Assembly: GCA_021613535.1 (NCBI GenBank)
Contig: CP075495.1
Coordinates: 12,152,001 to 12,216,000 of the forward strand
Origin: Adineta vaga
Lineage: Eukaryota > Animalia > Rotifera
DNA length: 64,000 nt
Reading direction: 5' to 3'
Positions 28,365 to 42,700 of this stretch are shown here, in pieces; within the stretch, counting starts at the first letter, position 1; the number at the start of each line of letters is the position of its first letter. Made by a program: the position numbers and the translations under genes. Under the pieces are notes generated by a model. That model saw only the letters and a program-made list of their open reading frames with translations, did not search any database and was not told the DNA's origin.

Positions 28365-30090
28365 ATGATTGAACGATGCTTATACATATTTCCACTTTCA
28401 GTGTGTTTACTTGTCCCACTTGCTTATTTTCTTTCGTAAGTCTAGAATTTCTTTTCTTTTTTCTCAGAAGAATTATTTAAAATGAAAAATTCTTTAGTTT
28501 TTTTGTTGCCGTTCAATTGGGTCATTCAAAAGTTGAATTTCCATTTCTAAGGTAAATTTTCATGTCATATGACGTTAGATTTTTGTTTGTCTATCAAACA
28601 TGTTTTAAAATTCTATTAACATGATGTTAGTTGAACGTGATTGTACGTGTTTTTTCTTTTCAGTCGTTCATCAACCGATTCACCTGAATCATGCATTTAT
28701 TCACAAATCATTAATTTTGCATCATTTGTTCGTAAGTAATCTTTGATTATAAATAAACATGATGAATTATATGAATTGTAGTTATGATCACGGTCTATAT
28801 TCGTTATCGACAAATGTAAATAAAGAAAGATCAATGAAAAACTTATAATATCTACTATTTTTTTTTCTTCTTCTAGTGCTGAGCTTATTCGAAATAATCC
28901 AACGTGTGGAAGTAAATATTCACAATCAAATTTTGCTTTTCTAATTTGTGGTATCACAAGTGCATTGAGTATGAGTATTATTTCAAATTTCCCAGTATGT
29001 CATTTTTAGTTTTCGTTCTCTCGATTTTATTTTATCATTGTTATTTTTAGCATGCTAATGTATTTCCTGTTCGATTATTTGCGACATATTTAACATTTGT
29101 TGCCAGTGTTGGAGCACTCTATTGTGAAATGCTCTTATCATTATGGATTCAACCATTATTATATTCAAGTCGAATAATACCAATTATTCGCACGATACTT
29201 ACAGCGATTGGAACTTTAGCACTGATCACATGTAAGAAAATCAATATCGACTATGATTATGTTGTTATTCGAGATATAATAGGAATGATTGATGAGAAAT
29301 ACATATGAATTTTGAAGTTCCGTTTTAATCAATAGATTATTTACTATAAATGATTTCTAGGGATGAGAATTATTGTACTTGAAAACGATCTATTATTAAC
29401 ATTTCTGTAAAACATATAGAGTTCAAAGTCATTAAATCGGAACTTATTAATAGTAAATGAAATGACGTTGTTTATAATAAATTTTAAATATAATTATCAT
29501 ATAAATTATAACAACGATCAAAACGGAAACTAAAACTTTCGATTATTTCTCTAACAGGTCATCCATCTGCAAGTTTTTTTTTAATATCCAAACAAAAATT
29601 AATCATTTGTTATTTCCTTCAATGTTTTGTTCTTTATTTATTCGTTGTCATATGTTCTATCAGAGATATGAATTAACTAATCAGAAAATAATGGCTCGTT
29701 ATGACTTTTAGACAATATAGACTATTGATTAGAAAATTAACTGAATACTACTTGACTTTATTGACGTATCACTTGAAGAGAAAAAAAACGTTTTTGTTTA
29801 CTTTTAGTTATTATTTTTCAAACAATTACAGTTGTTAAATATGATAACGAACAAAAATTATGGACATCAACAAGTCCGGTATGTCGAAGAATAATAATAT
29901 GAAAACAAAGCATTGTGTTTTCTTTTTTCCCTAGGGTTGGATGTATCATTTATGTACGATTATATCAGCATGGATTTTAACAAGTTCTCTACTTATTTAT
30001 ATGTTAACATTAATAATTGATTTTCATCATATTAAAATAATCTCACCAAAAATTTTTCTTACAAATGATATTATTGATGATCAAGATTAA
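28365..30090 (+). CDS. DRAM2: DRAM/TMEM150 (Frag1/DRAM/Sfk1) multi-pass membrane protein; missed by the ORF track because its exons are short
   Basis: Spliced reading MIERCLYIFPLSVCLLVPLAYFLS|FFVAVQLGHSKVEFPFLS|RSSTDSPESCIYSQIINFASFVL|MITVYIRYRQI...SIISNFP|...GWMYHLCTIISAW...LTLIIDF matches the DRAM pattern (AV..GH...PYIS..G..PPES, YxRY, NFQ, T...DF). TAA at 30088-30090. Confidence 0.85.
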
Positions 30091-33000
30091 TTGATTTATA
30101 TATGTGTATATATATATATATAAGATGATTTGCATTTTTTTGTATATAAATAACAGTGATTTGTTCTTTCTTTTCTTCCGTATTAATCTCTTCTTTTCTC
30201 ATACGTGGATAAATATAATTAAAAAAAAACACCGCTGGAATTGTTCCTCTCATATGCACGAAAATTCATTTTTTTTTGTTTAATCATTAATATATATATA
30301 TTCACTTCACGTTGTATTGTCTCATCTATTCTTTTATAAGAAATAAATTTAATTGAAAGAAGGACAAACGAGAGAAATCTATGTTGTATTTGTTGTCACC
30401 GTCAAATTTGATTAATGATCAATATATTCCCATTTTGTAGATTGGCTTTGTCTTTTATTAACGTTGTTTATTTACATATGTATACTGCTGACAAAAAAAG
30501 TAAGATAAATTTCTATTGTATGTAATATAATGAAAAAAAAGTCGAGTAGTATTTTGATATATGATCAAGGAATGTTAATTCTATTAGACAATGATAAATA
30601 GAAGAAAAGTGTTTTTCTTTTTTCTAAATGAAAGAATGACATTTGTTGAAGTATTCGTTACACTCAGAGATAAGAACTAATTAATAAACATCATTTTTTT
30701 TCTTCTTCTATTATTTGATAAAAATAGATTCTTCTTTGTTAATCAAAAATAAACTAAACTAACTTTGCTATTCAAGTTTTTCTGTGCAAAAACTCTGTTT
30801 TATTTCTTTGTATTAATTTGGAAAATGTCGATCTAATGATTATAAAATAGACATATTAAATAAGATAGATTCGTCGTAAATAATAATAAATCAAGTGATG
30901 ATATGTCATGTTCTTTTAATTGAATACGTGATGTGTAAGAAATGTGTTTTTCTTTTTTTTTGTTGAAAACTATTGACCCATTGTCTGTCTATTCAGAAAA
31001 AGAAAGAAAAGGGTTATCGATGATTAAAACAAAATATGTTTAAAAACGAGAGTCTTCAAGGAATAAGATAATAATGAAATGAACTAATTTAGTTATCGAT
31101 TTATAAAATGCGTTAGTTTTTGAACTTCTATGATGAAATATTTTTGTTGAATGATTATAAGTGAAAGAAAGTTAACGATGATTGATGAGAAAACATTTAC
31201 GATTTTATTTTATAGTGTATAGAAGAAATCTTCTTTCTGACAGCTATTTTTAACTTCATATTCTCTTCTTAGGATTAAGCATGATCATTTTCAACAAACT
31301 ATCGCCGTAAGGCTTATCTATGATGTCTTTTTAGGAGAGTGGCCTTTTCTCTTCTTATTCCGTTGATAATTTCCGTCTAATGAGCACATGCAACTGACGA
31401 TCTGTATCTCAAGAGACGGGTAGATAGCAAAAGTGCTGTAGTGAACATGCGCGGTAAATTACTTCGATGAGGCTAATAAGATCAGTGTTTTCTATGCATC
31501 TCGTTTTCTATAGATTGAATGTCATGTTTATTTAAGTTCTACTCGATGAATACGCTTCAATTGATATAATATAGATGTAACTCTTCTATTGAAGATAAAT
31601 GCAGCAAATGATGTCATATTATTGATTGACTGAATAATGATGACAACGAGGGTTTTCCCTATGCCCTTAGACAACAGAATTCACATACCGTGATCATTTG
31701 TTCGATTGGGCTAATAGGGTGCGAACAATTAGCACTTCGAACTAAGGATAAAACAAATATGTTGATATTCTAATGTTGAAAAAAAAAGAACTTTTTATCC
31801 GGCATCTATCATTATTATCGTCATCATCTGTGGTATCACTGCTAAGAGGCAAGCGTTAAGTCAATGACGTACAAAGCATGCTAAATAACAATTCGATGTG
31901 TTTATATGTTTGATTTCTTCGACATTCTTATTCTAATATCTCTTCGAACAGTTCTTCTCTTTCTAAACGTCATTTACAAAGAATGCAAAACAGATGCTAA
32001 CGTTTCTTTTCTCGTTCTGCTACTAGAACATTTACAGTAGAAATAAGAATAATCATGATTCTAGCAATATTCCGATTCTTATGATAATTATCGTCATTAT
32101 TAAACGCAGCATGTCTATATACATATTCTCGTAGAAGATTCTACTGTCATAGTAATTTAGTTCACTCGATTTTCTTTTGTTGAATTTCTTTAGAAAATCA
32201 TTTCTTTTTTTCTTCTTCGTCTAAAAATCAACAAGCTTTTCATGTTGTTTTCTCGATTACTCCAGCATGGCGTCATTGTTCCTTTTATCTACAAAGCAGT
32301 AGGACTCGTTTATATGAATATATTTAGAAAAGAAAATCAAAATAGATGCGAGGAAAAACCAAACTAGTTTCTACTCAAATGACATGTACATTATTCTTAA
32401 ACATATCTACCGTTTTTAATTCTATTCACTGGAGGAAAATCTAATGATTTCTTCATTACTCTACAATAATATAGTGTTATTGTTTTTCTCTCTAAGACAT
32501 TTTAAAACGTTCGATGTACTTGTTCGTTTGTTATACAGGTTTAAAAATAGATTATGAATAGAAATTCCGAAATACAATGAAGAAAAGAAGGGGAAAGAGA
32601 AGGAGAAAAGGAAGAAGCAGAAGACGAAGCAGAAGAAGAAACATTGACACCAATCTCTGTATGTCTGTGCGTGCACACACATGTGTATGTAGCTTGTCAA
32701 AGTCATTCTTGTCGAATAAGAAAAGAGAAATTATATTTTGCCATTCTTTTCATTGTTCTATCTAAGCATACTTACATATACTGACGATTCAAGACTAAGA
32801 GTAGAATAGTTGTCAACAAGCTACACTGTGTTCCATTACAAAACAGATTTATATATTGAGTAAAGAGTGCATAATCGTCTTATCATTAAAAAAAGACCTT
32901 CGTCAATGATGCTCATTCTATAGTAATTTATTTCATTATATTTTTCTTCATGCTCATGAGAGATTTAGATGTTTTTTTCCTTCCTTATTCTATGTTCGTC

Positions 33001-33303
33001 TTTTCTCGTTCACTCTTTATCAAAAAAAAAAAGAAAGAAATACATCTCGTTCTTTAGTTCCATTCGATTATTTCCTTTTTTTCTCATCATAACGAGCATC
33101 AAATAACATACGGTAGTGGTGACAGAGCACTGTCATCAACATATAATCTAACTAGAATAGTGAAATTACGCATACACACATCTATATTTTCCTATGCGTT
33201 TTAATTCATTTGATATTTGTTTACTAATCAGATCTTTTCTATTTTAGAATAGGAATTAAACGAAAAACAAAAACAATCGTATGGCAGCCTTTTGTAGGCA
33301 TTG

Positions 33304-36300
33304 ATGATTAAAATTCCATTACGAAACTTCCGCATTACAAATGATTTAACAAATGAAAATGATATTAATTATACAATATATCTCTCGACTATGAACGGTG
33401 AACATATTAAAGACGAAGAAATTGATGAAAATCATCTAACTAATCTTCATTCATGTTCAAATAGTACAACATCAACGGTATCTTGTCGATCATCATCTGT
33501 TTGTACAACAAGTGCCTTACGAAAACAACAACAAATTAATCGACGTCGAGCCTTCTTTCAGGATGATATTCCTGTTACAAGTATGACAACAACGATTACG
33601 AATAATAATACTAATCATTCATCAACGATCGATGATAATCAACAAATCTTGACAACGAATAATAATGATAATGATGATATTAATCAGGAAGAAAGTTCAA
33701 CAACATTAACAAATCATAATGAAGAAAATCCAACGAATAAATCATTCAAGAGAAAAGTCGTTTCATTCAGTACGATGCCATTCGAAAAGAAAGTTGCTGA
33801 TGGTAAATAATCAATTAATTCAATATCTCTTGTTACTTCCTACATAAAAAAACTCATTTTCTTTCTTTAGTTTGTGATTGTCTTCGTTATATGCAAGAAG
33901 GAAGTGATTTTCTTAAAGTTCGTTCCTATGCTCGACAATTTCGTCGTTTATATAAATTAAATGATACATTGACAGCTATTAGTTGGTATCCAACGTCAAA
34001 AAAACCGTCAAAAGCAACAAGTAATATATTGATGAAAGATTCAATTCAATTCGATTTGATAATTTCCTTTTCACTCTCTCTTTTTTTTTTATTAGTTACG
34101 ATTGATTCTATTAAAGAAATACGATTAGGCAAAACCACTGAACGTCTTCGAGAATATACACATCAATTTCAAAATGAATCACTTTTTTCAATTGTTTATA
34201 CGAACGGAAACAATCAATATATTTCACTTGATCTTGTTGCAAGTAGTGCAGATGAAGCAAATATATGGGTTACTGGTTTGTCATGTCTTATTGCTGGGCA
34301 AGGTGCATCACCATCACCAGCAGGTAATAATCAATCGAATAAGAGAAGAAAATTCTATCCGTTCTTATCGATAGTACACGTATATAGTCGGAAATTTGAA
34401 AATCTTTTTCTTCCGTTCATATCGAATCGTTTAGAGTTCGGATGAATAAATGAAAAAGATTTGATCTTAATAAATTTATCTCTATTTGTAATAATTCTAA
34501 GATATTTCTACTTGAATAATCAGGAAAATAGATTTTACTTTTTATTGAAAAGAAATCGTTTTTTTATCTATGATGATATGTATATGAGAAAAAAAAGCAA
34601 AATCATATGTTTTGTTTCAAAAGATTTTGAAGATCGTCAACAAATGCGTGATCGATGGTTACGCGATGCATTTGCAGTTGTTACTCCTGAACAAGTAAAT
34701 CAAGATGAACATCGATCAAGTACGAATTCAATTGATGAAGAAGAAGCCATACGATTATTGATAGATTATGGTATTTCTGAAGATAAAGCTAAAGTTCGAT
34801 TACAGGTAAACGAATAAGAAAATTCATTCATCATTCAAATAAAGCTAATTTACAGGAAATTCAATCGAGTAAAACTGAAGATGCACGTGGATATTTTACA
34901 ACAGATGAACTCATAAATGTCTTCAAAGAACTATCAACTCGACCAGAAATCTATCATCTTCTTGTCAGGTATTTTCTTTCCATTCTTTAATTTCATTTGT
35001 TATTCATAATTGTTTTTTTCTTCTCGATATAGATATTCTCGTAATCAAGATTTCTTATCAACGCAAGATCTAACATTATTTCTCGAAGCTGAACAAGGCG
35101 TAAAGAAATAATCTTCTTTCTTATCCGTACATCTTGTTCTTCTTTACAATAGATGTCTAAAATAACACGTGACAAATGTGCAGAAATCATTCAAGAATTT
35201 GAACCATCAACCGAAGCTAAGCTTCATGGACATTTGGGTATCGACGGTACGTTGGAACGAAGTCGAAATCGAAAATTCTATTTTCTTCTATTCAAGGTTT
35301 TACGAATTATCTTCTATCACCCGAATGTGATATATTTAATCCAAATAATCGAAATGTCTCTCAAGAAATGAATCATCCACTTAATCATTATTTCATAGCA
35401 TCATCGCATAATACGTAAATATAATTTTTATCAAGATCTTTTCGATGTAAAGGAATTAATAATTATATTAATATCGTTCATATCGGGTACAAAAAGAAAA
35501 GAAAAAAAAATGAGTTCGATAAGTTCCTTCGATAGATGAATTTTGATGAGAAAATCACTCGACTTTATCCTAATAAATATTTGACAAAGAAAAATCAAAT
35601 ATATCATGATAAAATCTCATATATATATATATGTATAAAACCAAGAAAATGAATATGATTAATAGATTCGAATCATGCTATCTATTCACATTAAGAGAAA
35701 TATAAAGAAATCACTAATTCCAAATAACTTCATTTAACATAACAAATAAATCATACAATCGTTTGTTTATTCATCTAGATTTCTCTTAGCTGATCAATTA
35801 AAAGGCCCATCGAGTGTTGATGGATTTATACATGCATTGATGCGTGGTTGTCGTTGTTTAGAACTTCATTGTTTCGATGGAGCTGACGGTCAACCATCAG
35901 TTCATAATGGAACACTAACAACTCGTATACCTATAAATGAAGTTTTAGAAGCGATTAATAGTTATGCATTTGAAACATCTAGGTTGGTTTATTTGTTCAA
36001 ATCGAAATTCATATCAATACAATTATCTTTTCTTTTCGTTTTTAGTTATCCACTGATATTATCTATTGAGTTACAATGCACTGTTAGTCAACAGCAACGT
36101 TTAGCTCAATTATTGATTGAAATTTTTGGTGATAAAATCTTTTTTGATCATTTATTGCCTGATGTAAATAGTATATCCAATGAATATCGACCACTACCAT
36201 CACCGAATGATTTACGTGGAAAGATTATTATTAAAGTAAAATCACTTACTTTTGTATACGAAAGAAAATCTTCTTTTGCTTTTCCTAGGGAAAAAAATTA

Positions 36301-38951
36301 CCGCCGTCATTTTCGAATGAGATTAATAAAGAATATGGAGAAACAACTGATGATGAAGATTGTTATGAAGATAATAGAAGACGATCAAAAAAAGTTTGTT
36401 TTTATATAATTTGATTGATGCTTTTATTTTATGAAATTTTCATATACACAGGATACGAATAGTAAACGACATCGCCGATTAGCTTTAGCTTTTTCTGATC
36501 TTGTTACATTACTTCGTTCAGCACCATTCGAAGATTTTGAAACATCATTTAATGAACGTAAGTAATCGTTTGTTTGTTTTTTTGTTCAGAATAAAAATCA
36601 ATTAAAGAAATTTTAGAACAATCTGGTCAAGTTTGTACCTTCAGTGAAAATGCTGGTTTACGTTTAGCTACAAGTGATGCTGAAGAATTCGTTAATTATA
36701 ATAAACGTTTTCTCTCTCGTATATCTCCTGGTACATGGCGTGTTGATTCATCGAATTTAAATCCACAAGATTTTTGGAATGTTGGCTGTCAAATGGGTTT
36801 GTTTCATAATCTTATAATTACAAGAAGAAAAATTCATATTCATCTTTCTCTTTTGTTTTTCTGAGTTGATAAAAAAAAAACATCACACTCGAGAAAGAAC
36901 TATTTCGAGTTATCGATAGTTTTTCTTTTTCCGAGAAAAATCTGGTGAATAGATGCTTTAGCTAAATTGCTTGTTTGCTTGAGGCCTTCTAATGTATTTT
37001 GATTTGATGAGAAATGATTCGTTTCCTACTTGAAAACTAAGTTGATTACTAAAATGAAGATTAATTCTTTTCTCTTCCTGATTTAGTGTCTATGAATTAT
37101 CAAACAGCAGGAAAATTTATGGATGTATATTTTGGTCGATTCTTAAGTAATGGAGGTTGTGGTTATGTACTTAAACCAACATATTTACGTTACGATAATG
37201 CAGCGGCTGCAGCAGCAGCTTCATCTTCAATTGTTAGTGGAAGACTTTCCACAAATCTTTATTCATCAAATACGCCTCAAATACTTCATATTAAAGTATT
37301 TATTAAGAATAAATAAAATGAAAACTTTTTTGTCTAATTTTCATAATTAAACAGGTTATTAGTGCTCTACATCTTCCAAAACCTGAACAAGCAGAATTAA
37401 AAGCAAATTCTGTTGATCCCTATGTTGTTGTACAAATATTCGGTGTACCAAGAGATTGTGATGAAGTACGAACAAAAACTGTTTATCATAATTGTAAGAA
37501 ATATTCTTTGATTTTCTTGTTGTTTTCAAAACAATTAATGATATCAAAATATCTTTAGGGGAAAGTCCACAATTTAATGAAGCATTTGAATTTGAAATAG
37601 CTTTTCCTGAGTTAGCACTTGTTCGATTTGTTGTATTAGATGACGAATCACTCGATTATGATTTTATCGGACAATATACATTACCATTTGATTGTATTCA
37701 ACCAGGTAATAAACTAATGAAATATCGTTCTTATCTATTAGTACAATGTTTTCTAGGCTATCGACATATTCATTTATATACCATTGGTGGTGATCTCATT
37801 GCCAATGCTTATCTATTTGTACACATTGTTATCAACAGCAAATCATTAGCTGTTGTATGTATTTTTCTTGTTTTCATTTTTATCTCTTATAATCACTTTT
37901 ATATTAAAATAGAAACCTCGTCGATCAATGTCTCGCTATCGTCGTTCTTTATTACGTCGTAAATTACGTGTTGCAGCATTTCGACCTGTAAATCATCGAC
38001 AAATCGATGATCTTTTTAAAGTAAAACGAAATAGAAAACAAATATCGAACATTCGATTCGTTGTCTTTTGTAGTCTGTTGTTCAAGCATTGGAAACTGCA
38101 TTTGAATATCGACATGCCGTTGAACAAAGTCTTTGTGAATTAAATGAAATGTGTGGCTTACCTGATATATCAAATGTCAAACAATGTGTCAGAAAAATTG
38201 CTAGCCGATTACAAAAAGCCAATCTTGTCGGTGCTGTAACTATTCGAAATCAATCAGATGTAAGCATTTTAATCAACATTTAAAAATCAGGTTTCTCTCT
38301 CTGGATTGGGAACAAATAGATAAATAAATACATGTCTGCACAACTAAAGATAAATATAAAATGAACAGATGTTTTCTATTTCTTTGTTTTCTTTTTCAAA
38401 GATTCCTATCTTCGAATATTCTGCAACATTACCTGGATTATCTCGACAAAGTGTTGTTGCTCTAGAAGAAGTAAGTATCATTGTATTTGAGAACAAAATA
38501 AAACTATGAATTTTCTAGGTAATTAATCGATGTCGAGCACTAATTGATAATGGTAGTGTGATACATAAAAAAGTAAGAAAATTCATCTGTATAGATAGTT
38601 AATTATTTTCTATGTTCTTGGATTGATTATTTTAGTTATTCGGTGTTCAATCTGAAGTATGCGAATTGAGTAAAGACATTCCAAAATTACTTGAAGCCAG
38701 TGGTTTACGTGGAAAAAAATTTACGAAAGCAATTGATAATTTCTCTTATAATCTTGTCTATTGCATGGTCAAACAGATTTATTAAATAAAGCTAAACAAG
38801 ATGCGATTGTGACTATTCGACAAGTAAACATCAAAGTTTCTTTTTCTCTGCTGATTGAAATCTTATTATTTGAAAATATTTGATTATTTTTCTTTTGTAA
38901 TAGATCCTTGAAGCAGCTGAAACAACACATTTATTAGTACAATCCGAATAA
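33304..38951 (+). CDS. PLCL2: Inactive phospholipase C-like protein (PLCL1/PLCL2, PRIP), multi-exon; apparent 1-nt frameshift near 38756
   Basis: [15 protein letters not shown] is the PRIP PP1-binding RVxF region. It is followed by a PH domain, EF region, X box ([10 protein letters not shown]|[15 protein letters not shown]), Y box ([19 protein letters not shown]|VSMNYQ), C2 ([13 protein letters not shown]) and the PLCL-specific C-terminus ([29 protein letters not shown]). The start codon is uncertain (33304 or 33391). Confidence 0.9.
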
Positions 38952-39128
38952 ATATCAATATAGAAAAGATCAAAAACACAGCAACTATGTTTCCCATCCG
39001 GTGTTTTATTTCATTTAATCGAGTCATTTCATTTTCATTTTTTTTTCCTTGAAATATTTGTTTTCTTTTACAGTAAAATGCTATATTTCTCCTAATTGTA
39101 TACGTGTTTTACCTGTGCCTATCTTTAT

Positions 39129-39149
39129 CTCTCTCTCTCTCTCTCTCTC
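39129..39149. repeat. (TC)n microsatellite
   Basis: tctctctctctctctctctc in the PLCL 3' region. Confidence 0.8.
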
Positions 39150-39780
39150 CATGTATGTGTCATATCTATATGATTATTTTTTCTTTTGTTATAAGAACAA
39201 GATTTGTTTTTTTTCGTTTTTTTTACAAATAAAATAATCTTCAATGAATGATCTAAATAATCTAAGACATCTGTATATGTCGACACAACAATTGACTAGA
39301 ACAGATAATACATACTGCTCTCATACAAACAGTGGCTAACATTTTTGCTTTTACGAATCGTTCTCATTATTATCAATACTAGAGGAGATGTAAACGATGG
39401 GCATATACACAAGTCTATGTCTGATGTTTGTACCATTTATCGATAGTTGCTTCTCTTTCTCTCTTTCAGCTACTATGTAACCTATCGTTGTTCTTCTTTC
39501 TTTCTTCGAACCATTTTCTTCTTTACCAATATGAATTCCATTACAGAAGGATAATACTATCGAACACTACTAGCGAAAGCCTTGTGTTTGTATGGTCGAT
39601 GGTTACTATTAGTACGACTCAAAGAAAAAACGAGTTCTTATACATTTCATCCATCATCAATAGTAAACGAGTCTATCATATCCGAAACAGAACAACTGTC
39701 AAAGGTCGACAAGTTTTAGTCATAGGGTGGTGGTGAAGATTTCATACATAACGAGATAATCAAATTAAGTTTAATAACCG

Positions 39781-42700
39781 ATGGCCGAACACCTAGAAGA
39801 GCAAGAACATCACCACCCTCATCGAACGAAGGCCTCGGCTAATATACGAACAGGAAGTAGTGGATCAATATCACAAGTGAATGTTAATGTAGCCGATCTC
39901 GATGGAATCTTTAATTTAAGTGATAATCCACCAACGACAACAACAATTAGTACAATTGCTGTACAAGCTGGTGAAGCAAGAATTGTTTTAGTTGTTCTTC
40001 GAGTATGTCAATATTTTTCTTTCTCAACGAATATTCTATATTGATTGATTGCATTAAAATAAATCTAGAGTTCGGATATTGTTCAAGTACGTATTCAACA
40101 GATGGAACCAGATCTTCTGGATTTCGGTTCAAATCTTGATGATACAATAAAACATCAAACACTTCATGAAGAATTAATTAGTAAATTAAAAGTAATGTTG
40201 ATAATAATTCTTTTTCTTCGTTGAAATATTACCTATTAACACCATATATAGGCTAAACAAGATCATATAACTGAACTGTTGACACGTGCAGATGATCTTG
40301 TCACTCAACAAAGATCTTACAATGAAGTGTACGAAGCAATGGCACGTAGTTTAGGTGAAGCATGGAAAGAACTTAATTTACAATTGGAAGGTCGAAGAAA
40401 TCTCTTAAATCAAGCCATATGTTATCATACAATAGCTGCTCGAGTTTGTTGAAAATTTTTCATTTCGAAAGATAACAATCTACACTCTTTCTTTGTCTTC
40501 TATGTTTTCTTTTAGTTCATCGATCGAGTTAAAACTGCTCGTTCATGGTTCATATCATTGGAAAACGCAGATTTCGATAATAAATCAATAAATTTCCTCT
40601 TCGATGAACATGATCTATTTCGAAAAGAAGTTCTAGAAGCATCACTAGATACTTTGAATGAAGGTCAATTATTGTTAGAATGTGTTCGAAAATTTGGTTC
40701 ATTAAATGACGCTATCAATCAACATTCAACAGTTGCTGCTTGTTATGAAATCGAACATTTACTTAGTTTGCATAATGATGAACGACATCAATTCGAAGAT
40801 GAATGGGAACGAAATCGAAAGATTTTAAGTGAATATATACAAATGTCAGAAACTAAACAAGATATTGATCAAGTAAGAAAGCGAACTAAGATTGATTTCT
40901 TCTTATGAGTTTGTTTTCAGCTTTTGAATTGGTTACATGAACGAGGTCAGCCATATCTTGAAACTACAGATCTTGGACGAACACTTGATGAAATTGAACG
41001 ATTACAAACTATACACAATGAAATGGAAAATGAATCACAAGTAATTTAAAGTTCAATAAGTTTACTTCGGATATACATACGAATTTCTTTTTTTCTAGAC
41101 TATCCATGATCGAGTTATTCGTTGTATGCGAGCGGTAGATTCTTGGGTGCATACTGGTTTAACACGAGCGGATCGTTTACATGCTTATGCTCATACATTA
41201 TTAGTCTTATGGGAAAAATATGCCCTTAAACTTGATATTCGTCGTCGATTATTACGATTAGTACATAAATTTTATATTGATTCATCGAATGCATTTTCCG
41301 TACTTGATTCTCTTGATAGTCAATTATTATCCCTATCATCAAATGATTTACGATCAAGTGAAGATCTTTTTCTAGAATATCAACAAATGAGTGAAAAATT
41401 AATTCAATCAACAGATATTCCACTACGTGAAGGACATATTTTAATAGAAAAAAGTTCAAACAATGATTCGAGTACCTATATGATTCGACAACGTGTGTCT
41501 GATTTAGAAAAACGAATCGAAAAAATTCGTCATCGTCTACAAGATGAACATGAAAAATTAGATCGACAAGGTTCAACATTATATCAAACATTTGATAATC
41601 AATGTACAAGATTACAATCATGGTTACATAATGTTGCTGAACGTTTTCTAAATTCCAATCGATTTTTAATTGATTTAAATAATTCAATTGATTTAACAAA
41701 ACAAGCAAATGATTTTTTAGAATCTCATCAACAAATTATTGAACATGATCTGAAGGTTAGGATACTTTTCATTTTTCTTTTTCCAATAAAACCTATTATC
41801 CACAAGAGATCAACAGTTGTCAATGTGTTGATGACGATCTGTCATTGTCTATACATAGAAAGATAATGTAACTGATGTCAACGATAATGATACTGTTAAT
41901 CTTATAGTTAGAATTCAGAATTGCCTATTTTGTTCTTCGATATATTTCGATAATCAGATCATAGAAAACAAAAGAATATCTGAATTTTATAAATGAATAA
42001 TGATGACAGTTCGAAACAAAGTTAGGTCATATCATTAGATTAACACGTATTTATATATGTGTGTTGTCTAGTGCTTTTGCGTAATATATCAACATACTTT
42101 CATCGTCCGCATTTCTATTGTTATGTTTAGCACAACGGCATTTGTCTTGTTTTTCTTCATGTATAGAAACATATCGTTGTTATTTAGATGTGATGTTGAT
42201 GATGAAGATGAACATTTAGTAGAAAATCAATGAATGATTTCCTCTTGATCAAATGACATTTATAGGAAAATGTTTCGTTACAGCTGTTATTTACCAAGAA
42301 TTTTAACTTGTTTTTTTAAGAATATAAGTTTAGAATTTTGGACATGTGTTATTCTTTGATTTAATTAGTAGATATTTCTACAAGAAAAATGATTTTTCTT
42401 ATGTAAGAGATAACACCACCACCAACAACAACAACAGCAGCAGCAGCAACATATGTTTGAGACAGAAAGAAAAGGAAAATAAGTATCTTGACCTCTTCAT
42501 AATCGAATGAGAGATTCTTCTAATGATTATTACGTATATAATGCCCAACACTAATGTAACTTTGTTTTAGAACAGTTATTTGTATTAACTAGCACTAATA
42601 ACATTGTATATTGTTAAATAAAAAGTCGATTTGATTAAATTTTCCATAAAATCAATTGAATAAACTTTGATATTTCCTTGAATTAAATGCTTAGTCTAAT

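Noticed and set aside
28482-28550. ATG at 28482 as the DRAM start
   Set aside because: That frame stops at 28548-28550 and the ATG lies inside intron 28436-28497; the ATG at 28365 gives the DRAM frame.
31390-31440. CTGACGA as a possible hammerhead ribozyme core
   Set aside because: No correctly placed GAAA and no convincing stems I and III.
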